DNA of 36,176 nt from an uncultured Anaerolineaceae bacterium (GTDB taxonomy: Bacteria; Chloroflexota; Anaerolineae; Aggregatilineales; Phototrophicaceae): NCBI GenBank assembly GCA_964614375.1, contig CAZTLI010000002.1:1-36176 (forward strand). The letters are read 5' to 3'. The translations under genes were made by a program, and so were the position numbers. Under the pieces are notes generated by a model, which made no database searches, was not told where the DNA came from, and worked only from the letters and a program-made list of their open reading frames with translations. Positions 1-7,263 of the stretch are shown one piece after another (the first letter of the stretch is position 1; every line of letters begins with the position of its first letter).

Positions 1-524
1 TTGTAGCAGGTTTCCATATCGCTGAGGATGGCGTTATAGAGGATGTTCGTCACCAGTGTCAGGATGCGATTAGCGACCATATTCCAGAAGTTCATCGCCT
101 TGCGCGGCCCGCCCAGGAAGCGTGAGCCATAAACGACCTGTGCGATTCCCTCTTGAATCGGTTTAATGAGCACCGGATATTCACGCGGGTCATATTCAAG
201 ATCGGCATCTTGAATCAGAAAAATATCCGAGCTGGCATGTTGAAAGCCCGTCACCAACGCCGCGCCTTTGCCGAGATTGCGCTCGTGATAGACCACTTTC
301 ACGCCGGCGCCATTATCGGCTTCAATTTGTTGCAATAAATCGCGCGTGCCATCGGTTGAGCCATCATCGACAATCACGATTTCACTCACACAACTCATGG
401 CCTGCACCCGCGCGATAACCTCTTCCAGCGTCGTGCTTTCGTTATAACATGGAATGATAACGCTCAAGGTTAATTGGCGGTCGAAGCCATAATGCGGTTG
501 TGTACGGGTTTTCACTTTCTGCAT
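1..524 (-). CDS. Glycosyltransferase family 2 (GtrB/Dpm1-like), N-terminal part; 3' end lies outside the window
   Basis: The minus-strand ORF is open to the window edge, so it is absent from the ORF track. My translation from the ATG at 524 reads MQKVKTRTQPHYGFDRQLTLSVIIPCYNESTTLEEVIARV..IVIVDDGSTDGTRDLL..NLGKGAAL..LIQDADLEYDP. This is a GT-A/GT2 signature with a DAD (DxD-type) motif. Confidence 0.8.
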   Translation of the reverse strand, partial: MQKVKTRTQPHYGFDRQLTLSVIIPCYNESTTLEEVIARVQAMSCVSEIVIVDDGSTDGTRDLLQQIEADNGAGVKVVYHERNLGKGAALVTGFQHASSDIFLIQDADLEYDPREYPVLIKPIQEGIAQVVYGSRFLGGPRKAMNFWNMVANRILTLVTNILYNAILSDMETCY

Positions 525-579
525 ACGCCATCCGTTCTTTAAATGTACAGATAACCACAGACCTGCTCAAAGCCGCACG

Positions 580-588
580 ATTGTAGCA
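580..588 (-). promoter_or_regulatory. Candidate extended -10 promoter element TGCTACAAT for the GT2 gene
   Basis: The reverse complement of attgtagca is TGCTACAAT, about 55 nt upstream of the ATG at 524. The same TGnTACAAT string occurs upstream of two other genes (11257, 23951). The plus strand here also reads TAGCATAAT, so orientation is ambiguous. Confidence 0.35.
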
Positions 589-804
589 TAATGCGGGGTG
601 GATACCAGTCTTTTACGTTACCCGGACAGCATAGAAAGCTGGGGCGGGGGTGTCAACCTGCGAATAACCTACGATGCGACCATTTTCTTATGCACAAAAA
701 AGCGCCGACGCTATACTATAAAATAGAGGCTCAAGCGAGATAATTGCGGCTTTGCCGTTCCCGACTTATAGTATGTGCATACTTGAGCGGTGCAAAAGGG
801 ATTT

Positions 805-1845
805 ATGATGAACCCGAAAAGATTACTGAAATTATGGTCGCCCTTGCTGGTTGTGTTGATTCTGGGTCTGCTGATAAGCGTGGGTCTGGCGCAGGAATTT
901 GGCAGCAATTGGACGGCTGAATATTATACCAACGCCAGTTTTACCGGTGACCCGGGATTTGTGCTGATCGAACCCGATATTAACGAAAATTGGGGTGCGG
1001 GCGGGCCTGCACTGCCCGGATTCCCGGTGGATAACTTCTCGATACGCTATTCGGGTTTCCAAACATTTCAGGCGGGGGTCTATCAATTCTCGGTCGGGCG
1101 GGACGATAGTGCGCGTCTGCTGATTGATAATGTGCTGGTGTTGGATGCGTCGGGTACGGGGCCATTCACCACCTTAACCGCGCAGGTGACCTTGACGGGT
1201 GGGATGCACCTCGTAGTCGTCGAGTATGTTGAACTCACAGGGCAAGCGGCGATCCAGGTGCAGTGGTCATTGGTCGGCGCGGCAGGCCCGACACCGACGA
1301 TGGGGCCATCACCCACGCCGCTGCCAACGAGTTTGCCGCCGATTCCACCCGGTTCTATTACCGCGACAGTCATCCGCGCGTCTGTGCTGAACATCCGTGA
1401 TGCGCCGTCATTGGGCGGTTTCCGCATTGGTCGCATTCTGCGCGGACAGACCTATGCTGTTGTGGGACGTAATCATGATGCGACGTGGTTCTTGCTGCAA
1501 CTGGGTGGTTATCAAGGTTGGGCATATGGCTACTATCTCTTTATCAACGGCAATGAATTCACGCCACCGATATTAAGCGCCAATACTACCTTGCTACCGG
1601 CGGGTTTGACCGATACGGGGGTACTCGCGCAGGCACGGTCTACGATGCGATTGCGCGCCGCGCCAACGGTCAACGCGATGCAGACCGGGCGTGTGACGTG
1701 GGGTGGTTTCGTCCCCGTATTAGGCCGGACTGCCGATGGTGTGTGGTGGCAGGTCTTGTGGAAAGGCACTGTGGGCTGGGTATGGTCGCCCTTCTTCCGC
1801 ATCATCGAAGGCGATTATTCCGCGATTCCAATTGTCAACCCATAA
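805..1845 (+). CDS. Secreted or anchored PA14-domain protein with two SH3b-like domains
   Basis: Hydrophobic N-terminus LLKLWSPLLVVLILGLLISVGLAQE. PA14-like block WTAEYYTN..DNFSIRYSGF..GVYQFSVGRDDSARLLIDN..GGMHLVVVEYVE. A Pro-rich linker, then two SH3b-like blocks (ATVIRASVLNIRDAPS..GWAYGYYL and AQARSTMRLRAAPT..GWVWSPFF). AAGGGA lies just upstream of ATG 805; the ORF-track start at 790 is GTG. Confidence 0.8.
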   Translation: MMNPKRLLKLWSPLLVVLILGLLISVGLAQEFGSNWTAEYYTNASFTGDPGFVLIEPDINENWGAGGPALPGFPVDNFSIRYSGFQTFQAGVYQFSVGRDDSARLLIDNVLVLDASGTGPFTTLTAQVTLTGGMHLVVVEYVELTGQAAIQVQWSLVGAAGPTPTMGPSPTPLPTSLPPIPPGSITATVIRASVLNIRDAPSLGGFRIGRILRGQTYAVVGRNHDATWFLLQLGGYQGWAYGYYLFINGNEFTPPILSANTTLLPAGLTDTGVLAQARSTMRLRAAPTVNAMQTGRVTWGGFVPVLGRTADGVWWQVLWKGTVGWVWSPFFRIIEGDYSAIPIVNP

Positions 1846-1870
1846 CCAGCATCAAAACGTGTGAAGCTGC

Positions 1871-1900
1871 AAGCGGTGTCCGATTGGATGCCGCTTTTTT
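1871..1900 (+). terminator. Rho-independent terminator after the PA14/SH3b gene
   Basis: AAGCGGTGTCC-GATT-GGATGCCGCTT forms a hairpin (two G-U wobbles) followed by TTTTTT, 25 nt after the stop codon. Confidence 0.7.
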
Positions 1901-1984
1901 GTTGATTGCAAAGCTCACGCTGTCTATTACAAAAAAATCAGGTACATTACTGGAATGAAGAAGCGCCAAAGCGTCGGCTATTTC

Positions 1985-2013
1985 TTGACAAGTGTCACAC
2001 ATAAATCTATTAT
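1985..2013 (+). promoter_or_regulatory. Sigma-70-type promoter for the lacI-family gene
   Basis: TTGACA (1985-1990), exactly 17 nt of spacer, then TATTAT (2008-2013). The operator-like palindrome starts about 9 nt downstream. Confidence 0.55.
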
Positions 2014-2021
2014 TGATGGAC

Positions 2022-2035
2022 TGGGAACGCTCCCA
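2022..2035. promoter_or_regulatory. LacI/GalR-type operator candidate O1 (autoregulatory position)
   Basis: TGGGAACGCTCCCA has 6 of 7 palindromic pairs and the central CG typical of LacI-family operators. It overlaps the predicted transcription start of the lacI-family gene and shares TGGGAACG with the site at 3119. Confidence 0.6.
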
Positions 2036-2053
2036 GATGATGGATAATATCTT

Positions 2054-3088
2054 ATGGACAACAATAAACCCCTCAACCTCGTTGATATTGCGCGTCAGGC
2101 GGGTGTCTCGCGTTCAACCGTGTCGCGGGTTATTAATGGCGAACAGTATGTCAGCGAACGCACCCGCGAAAAGGTGATGGCGGTGGTGAACAAAGTGGGC
2201 TACACGCCCAACCCCATTGCCCGAATGCTGGTCAAACAATCGACGCGCGTCATTGGCATCGTCATTCCCCACACGCTTGAAGTGATGTTCCAGGACCCCT
2301 ATTATTTCCCGATTTTGTTGCAAGGGGTATCCGAAGTGGTGATGGAGCGCGATTATGCCACGTTGTTGTGGTGGGGCGCACAGGACGATGAGACGCGCTT
2401 CTATGACCGCGTACTGAAAAATCGCTTGATGGATGGATTGGTAATTGCGTCGGCGTCGGTGAGTGACCCGCTCATGCCGCGCTTGGTCGAAGCGGGGACG
2501 CCCTTCGCGGTGGTCGAACGTCCCGCCGAATTTCAAGATCGCATCAATTATGTGAGTGTCGATAATATCCATGCCGCGCAAACGGCTGTAGAGCATCTCA
2601 TTCAACTCGGTTATCGGCGTATTGCCACAATTACCGGCACGTTGAACAATCCTGATGGTCAAGATCGGTTGCTGGGCTATAAACAGGCCTTAGCCCAGGC
2701 GGGAATGGCGGTTGATGAGACGCTAATTGTCGCGGGGGCATTCAGCCGGCGTTCCGGTTATGCCGGGATGCAGATTTTGCTGCAACAAGATGTGGACGCG
2801 GTTTTTGCCGCCAGCGATACGACGGCGCGTGGCGCGATGGATGCTATTCATGAAGCGGGACTGCGTGTGCCCGATGATGTGGCGATTGTTGGTTTTGACG
2901 ATTTGCCCGGCGCGGTTGAAGGGTCGCCGAAGTTGACGACCGTGCGCCAACCCGTCCGGGAAAAAGGGGTATGGGCGACCAACATACTCATCGACCAGAT
3001 TGAAGATAAATTGGCTAAACCGCGCCAGATTATTTTGCCGACTGAACTTATCGTCCGTGAGTCATGTGGCGCGAAGCGGCGGGCATAA
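2054..3088 (+). CDS. LacI-family transcriptional regulator
   Basis: N-terminal HTH LVDIARQAGVSRSTVSRVINGEQYVSERTREKVMAVVNKVGYTPNPIARML, followed by a periplasmic-binding-protein-like sugar-binding core (VGFDD near the C-terminus). Confidence 0.9.
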   Translation: MDNNKPLNLVDIARQAGVSRSTVSRVINGEQYVSERTREKVMAVVNKVGYTPNPIARMLVKQSTRVIGIVIPHTLEVMFQDPYYFPILLQGVSEVVMERDYATLLWWGAQDDETRFYDRVLKNRLMDGLVIASASVSDPLMPRLVEAGTPFAVVERPAEFQDRINYVSVDNIHAAQTAVEHLIQLGYRRIATITGTLNNPDGQDRLLGYKQALAQAGMAVDETLIVAGAFSRRSGYAGMQILLQQDVDAVFAASDTTARGAMDAIHEAGLRVPDDVAIVGFDDLPGAVEGSPKLTTVRQPVREKGVWATNILIDQIEDKLAKPRQIILPTELIVRESCGAKRRA

Positions 3089-3118
3089 ATCGCCTGACCG
3101 TGCTTTTGGCGGTTAATC

Positions 3119-3132
3119 TGGGAACGTTCCCG
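3119..3132. promoter_or_regulatory. LacI/GalR-type operator candidate O2
   Basis: TGGGAACGTTCCCG contains the perfect 12-bp palindrome GGGAACGTTCCC (3120-3131) with a central CG. It lies 30 nt after the lacI stop and upstream of the GH116 gene. Confidence 0.6.
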
Positions 3133-3330
3133 GAATGTGCGCCCTATTTATCGCTTGACCAGTCTACTCGCCGCGTTAACTTGAATGGCACAAGAGTTAA
3201 CCGGACACGATTGTCGGGATGCTAATGGACGAAACAAAAAGAATGCTTATGATGGACAAGGGCGCGATGAGCACTGTTTTAGCCACTTGTGCCACGGGCT
3301 GAAGCAAGTTAACAATTTAATCGGGTCATC

Positions 3331-3405
3331 GGACACGGCGTGCCGTGTCCCTACAAACCCGTTAACAACCGTCATTATTCGTAGGGACACAGCAATGCTG
3401 TGTCC
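3331..3405. repeat. REP/MITE-like palindromic element (two GGACAC..GTGTCC hairpins)
   Basis: GGACACGGC-GT-GCCGTGTCC (3331-3350) and GGACACAGC-AAT-GCTGTGTCC (3385-3405) each have 9-bp perfect stems. They are bracketed by CCCTAC (3350-3355) and GTAGGG (3381-3386). Spurious ORFs read through them (..DTACRVP.., ..RRDTAMLCP..). Confidence 0.5.
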
Positions 3406-3652
3406 GCGTCCGCAAAAAAACGGCGTTATCTGATTATTTTCACAACTAACATAAGCCCGCTGTCTGCACAATAATCATTCAGAGTCTAATTGGTTTATCC
3501 ATTAGTGGGTTTGTTCGGTGGTTTCGCATGGTGCTTTCCTCCTGATGATGAAAAAATTGCTCCACTGGCGTTCAATGCGTGCTCAGACCCGAATCCCTGC
3601 GAGCGCATCCCGATTTTTGATACTTATGAACTGATACTGAGTGAGAACCCTT

Positions 3653-5974
3653 ATGACATTGACAATACCCCACAGAACACAATCCCTGAATATTCCATCT
3701 GCCGCATGGTCACGTCCGATTGGATTGCCGCACGACCATCCCGGTCATCCGGCTGTTGATTATCCGATGATGGACGATGGCCCCTATAACGGTGCGCCGC
3801 TGGGTGGTATGGGCGCGGGCAGCATCGGGCGTACCTATCGCGGGGATTTTGCCCGCTGGCATTTGAACATCGGCTGGCATCACTATGAACCCTTGCCCGC
3901 CAATATGTTCAGCGTGTATATGCAGGCCGACGATGCAACGGTCGCGCAAGCCCTATGGACAGATTCGCCGCAAAACGATCAACTCAGTGCATGGCAGTGG
4001 GACTATCCCATCGGGGCGGGTACATATCATGCGCTGTACCCGCGTTCGTGGTTTGCGTATGAATGGGCGCGTTTCCCGGTGCAGCTAACTGTTGAACAAT
4101 TTTCGCCCATCATCCCCCATAACTACCGCGAAAGCTGTTACCCGGTCGCTAGCTTCAATTGGAAAGCGCACAATCCTACAGCGGCGCCTGTAACAGTCGG
4201 CGTGATGTTCACATGGCAAAATATGCTCGGACGTTATTTTGGACAGTTGGATACGGGTGAACAGCGTCATCGCGTGGTCGAAGCACGGACAGATGAGGGA
4301 GTCATTCGGGGTGTGGAGCTGCGCCGTGACGCGACACAAGGCACAATAGCACTCGTCGCGCTGGAAAGTCCCGGTGTAAATGTGAGCTATCGTACCTATT
4401 TTGATGCCCGGGGCGATGGCGCGGACATCTGGGACGATTTCGCGGCGGATGGCGCGCTGGACAACATCACTGATGCACCCCCGACAGGCGAAACACCGGG
4501 GGCAGGTATCGCCGTGACATTCACGCTGCAACCGGGCGAAACCTTAGCAGTGCCGTTTGCGCTGGCGTGGGATGTGCCGACGATGACTTTTGGCGAAGGC
4601 ACGAGCTGGTACAAACGCTATACGGCATTTTATGGTCGGGAAGGGACAAACGCCTTTACAATTGCATGTGATGGCATCACCCATCGCGACGATTGGCGGC
4701 GGCAGATTATCGACTGGCAGCAGCCGATTCTGGATGACCCGGCGCGCCCCGATTGGTACAAAACGGCGTTATTCAATGAACTCTATTTTCTGGCGGATGG
4801 GGCGACGGCGTGGGAACATGGTCGGGTCGGCGAACCTGTCCCCGATGAATCCTATCTGGGGCGCTTCCTCTATATTGAATGTTTCGACTATGACCATTAT
4901 GCCACGTTCGATGTCGATTTTTATGCCTCGTTTGCGCTGCTGGAACTCTTCCCCGAAATCGAACGCCGCTTGATGCGTGATTATGCCGCGTCTATCCTGC
5001 AAGAAGACCTGCGCGACCATCACATCTTCGCCACAAACGCCGTTGCCGCCCGTATGTTGAAAGGCGCTGTGCCACACGATCTCGGCGGGCCAAGAGAAGA
5101 CCCCTGGCTGCAACCCAACAATTATCGTTTTCAAGACGTGAATATCTGGAAAGACCTGAACGCCAAATTTGTCCTGCGCCTGTATCGTGACGCGGTGTTA
5201 TTCGACGATGCGCGTTTCGTTTCGGACAATTGGGACATCATTCAGGAAGCGATTGCCTATCTGCAAGCGATGGACAAGGATGGCGATGGCATCCCCGAAA
5301 ACGAAGGTATCCCCGACCAGACCTATGATACATGGCCTGTGACGGGCGTCAGTGCCTATAGTGGTGGCTTATGGTTGGCGACCTTAGCCGCGGGACGTGA
5401 AATGGCGGGCATGGTCGGCGCTGAAGCTGCTGCCGAACGTTATGCCGCGCAATTGGAGCAGGCAACGGCGGTCTATGAAAATGTGTTGTGGAATGGCACA
5501 TATTATAACTATGACCAGAGCGACAGCCCGCATCATAATAGTGTGATGAGCGACCAACTCGCCGGGCAGTGGTATATGGACTTTGCGGGAATTGACCTGC
5601 TGCCGCGGGAACGGGTGCAAGCGGCACTGGAAACGATTTTCCGGCTGAATGTGCGCGGTTATGGCGATGGCGATATGGGCGCTGTCAATGGGATGCGACC
5701 TGATGGCAGGGTTGACCAGAGCGACATTCAAAGTCAGGAAATGTGGACGGGAACGACTTATGGATTGGCGTCGTTCATGCTGCTGCGCGGGTTGGATGAC
5801 ATGGCCTGGGCAACGGCACATGGCGTCTATCGCGTGACTTATGTCACCAGTGGGTTATGGTTTCGGACGCCCGAAGGCTTTGATGTGAAGGGCAATTATC
5901 GCGCCAGCCTGTATCAACGCCCGCTGGCGATATGGGCGATGGAGACCGCTTTACGTAGGCGGGCACAGCGATAA
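3653..5974 (+). CDS. GH116-family beta-glucosidase (GBA2-type glucosylceramidase-like)
   Basis: N-terminal block YNGAPLGGMGAGSIGRTYRGDFARWHL. The catalytic-domain blocks DGIPENEGIPDQTYDTW and SDQLAGQWY match, from memory, the conserved nucleophile and acid/base regions of GH116. The ORF-track start at 3641 is GTG; the first ATG is at 3653. Confidence 0.9.
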   Translation: MTLTIPHRTQSLNIPSAAWSRPIGLPHDHPGHPAVDYPMMDDGPYNGAPLGGMGAGSIGRTYRGDFARWHLNIGWHHYEPLPANMFSVYMQADDATVAQALWTDSPQNDQLSAWQWDYPIGAGTYHALYPRSWFAYEWARFPVQLTVEQFSPIIPHNYRESCYPVASFNWKAHNPTAAPVTVGVMFTWQNMLGRYFGQLDTGEQRHRVVEARTDEGVIRGVELRRDATQGTIALVALESPGVNVSYRTYFDARGDGADIWDDFAADGALDNITDAPPTGETPGAGIAVTFTLQPGETLAVPFALAWDVPTMTFGEGTSWYKRYTAFYGREGTNAFTIACDGITHRDDWRRQIIDWQQPILDDPARPDWYKTALFNELYFLADGATAWEHGRVGEPVPDESYLGRFLYIECFDYDHYATFDVDFYASFALLELFPEIERRLMRDYAASILQEDLRDHHIFATNAVAARMLKGAVPHDLGGPREDPWLQPNNYRFQDVNIWKDLNAKFVLRLYRDAVLFDDARFVSDNWDIIQEAIAYLQAMDKDGDGIPENEGIPDQTYDTWPVTGVSAYSGGLWLATLAAGREMAGMVGAEAAAERYAAQLEQATAVYENVLWNGTYYNYDQSDSPHHNSVMSDQLAGQWYMDFAGIDLLPRERVQAALETIFRLNVRGYGDGDMGAVNGMRPDGRVDQSDIQSQEMWTGTTYGLASFMLLRGLDDMAWATAHGVYRVTYVTSGLWFRTPEGFDVKGNYRASLYQRPLAIWAMETALRRRAQR

Positions 5975-5994
5975 GTCATTTTTGCCGTAAGAAG

Positions 5995-6369
5995 TCAATC
6001 CTCTAGCGCATCTTGAACAAAGGCGCGCAAGGCCTGTGGGCTGATGGGTTTCGTCATAAAAAAGTCAGCCCCCACCCGGTTGGTGAGGGTATAATTGCCG
6101 GGCATGGCTGAAATAATCGCAACGAGTGTGCCGTTATCCTTTAAGATGTTTTGATGGCGCGCTAGCAATCGTTCTACCGTTTGTCCATGAATTTGCACAT
6201 CGGAGATAAACAGGTGATAGTGTTCCTTTTCGAGGAATGCACTGGCACTATCTAATGTTGCTGCGGTGTCGATGTGTTTGACCAGAGGCTCCAATGACAG
6301 TTGATACAATTCCAGTAAGCCAACATCATCTTCCAGGATAAGAACCCGTGCGTCTATAGGTTTTGCCAT
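5995..6369 (-). CDS. Single-domain response regulator (CheY-like receiver only)
   Basis: Acidic pocket VLILEDDVG, phospho-acceptor context HLFISDVQ, and conserved Lys in FFMTKPISP. At 124 aa it has no output domain. Confidence 0.85.
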   Translation of the reverse strand: MAKPIDARVLILEDDVGLLELYQLSLEPLVKHIDTAATLDSASAFLEKEHYHLFISDVQIHGQTVERLLARHQNILKDNGTLVAIISAMPGNYTLTNRVGADFFMTKPISPQALRAFVQDALED

Positions 6370-6497
6370 CTATTGCACCACGATATTATGCTAATCCGGG
6401 CTATGATACCATTAATCAACATTAAACTTAAACACATTACCATTAGTGCGATAATCGCCTATCGTTGCAAATGTCACACGTTGACAGGACAATCCTC

Positions 6498-7172
6498 ATG
6501 ATATATGCACAACTGCTGTCACTACAGGTCGGACAACCACAAACACGCGGGCAGCAAAATGCCGATGACCCCCTCGATGAAGCCTGGACATCCGCCATAT
6601 TTAAGCACCCGGTTTATAGCCCGGTGATGCTGCGGACGCTCAACCTGGATGGGGATAGACAGGCCGACACCAAAAATCATGGCGGCCCCCATCGCGCGGT
6701 CATGGCCTATGCCGCTGCCCATTATCCCGTCTGGCAGCGAGAACTCGCGCTCGATGAGCAACCATCCTCTGGTAAATTTGGCGAAAACTTCACCATAGAC
6801 GGCCTGACCGAAGCGACCGTGTGTATCGGTGATGTGTATGCCATTGGTAAAGCGCTGGTACAGGTTTCACAGCCGCGCGTACCCTGCTGGAAAATAGACC
6901 GCCGCTGGCATCAACAAGGCATTCTGCAACGAGTCCGCGAAACCGGACGTTCGGGGTGGTATTTCCGCGTCCTGCAAGAGGGGATGGTGGAGGCAGGCGT
7001 GCAGGTTGAGCGGATTCAACACCCCTATCCTGATTGGAACATCAAATATATCACACAATTATTATACGACAAAAAACGCGATTTAGAGGTTAAAGCGCGC
7101 CTGGTCGATTGTGAAGAATTGTCACCCGGTTGGCGCGAGTCCTTCGCCCATTATGTCGCGACGTTTGGATGA
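6498..7172 (+). CDS. MOSC domain protein (YiiM-like)
   Basis: LNLDGDRQADTKNHGGPHRAV, FGENFTIDGLTEATVCIGDVY and LVQVSQPRVPCWK line up, from memory, with E. coli YiiM blocks (GDEQA..HGGPDRAL, FGENL..DGL, IQVSQPRSPCYK). I prefer the ATG at 6498 to the ORF-track TTG at 6465. Confidence 0.85.
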   Translation: MIYAQLLSLQVGQPQTRGQQNADDPLDEAWTSAIFKHPVYSPVMLRTLNLDGDRQADTKNHGGPHRAVMAYAAAHYPVWQRELALDEQPSSGKFGENFTIDGLTEATVCIGDVYAIGKALVQVSQPRVPCWKIDRRWHQQGILQRVRETGRSGWYFRVLQEGMVEAGVQVERIQHPYPDWNIKYITQLLYDKKRDLEVKARLVDCEELSPGWRESFAHYVATFG

Positions 7173-7186
7173 ACGCCCGCATCTCC

Positions 7187-7263
7187 TGTTTACTGCGCCC
7201 GCTGTTTACTGCGCCCGCTGTTTACTGCGCCCGCCGTTTACTGCGCCCGCTGTTTACTGCGCC
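7187..7263. repeat. 16-bp tandem direct repeat, about 4.8 copies (TGTTTACTGCGCCCGC)
   Basis: Units at 7187-7202, 7203-7218, 7219-7234, 7235-7250 (first base T to C) and a partial unit from 7251. The last unit contains the stop codon and final codons (..AQ*) of the minus-strand kinase gene. Confidence 0.9.

Noticed and set aside
3185-3471. ORFs of 82 aa (plus, 3185-3433) and 74 aa (minus, 3247-3471) in the lacI-GH116 gap
   Set aside because: Both read straight through the GGACAC..GTGTCC palindromes, which explains the mirrored peptides. Neither has an SD or a recognisable motif. I interpret them as artefacts of the REP-like element.
5995-6369. Linking the orphan single-domain response regulator to the Ser/Thr kinase or to GH116 as a signalling system
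   Set aside because: It is separated from the kinase by an oppositely oriented MOSC gene and is convergent with GH116. There is no histidine kinase in the window. Adjacency alone is not evidence.
7187-7263. Possibility that the 16-bp repeats are a CRISPR array
   Set aside because: The units are directly abutting with no spacers, the unit is too short, and there are no cas genes in the window. It is a simple tandem repeat.
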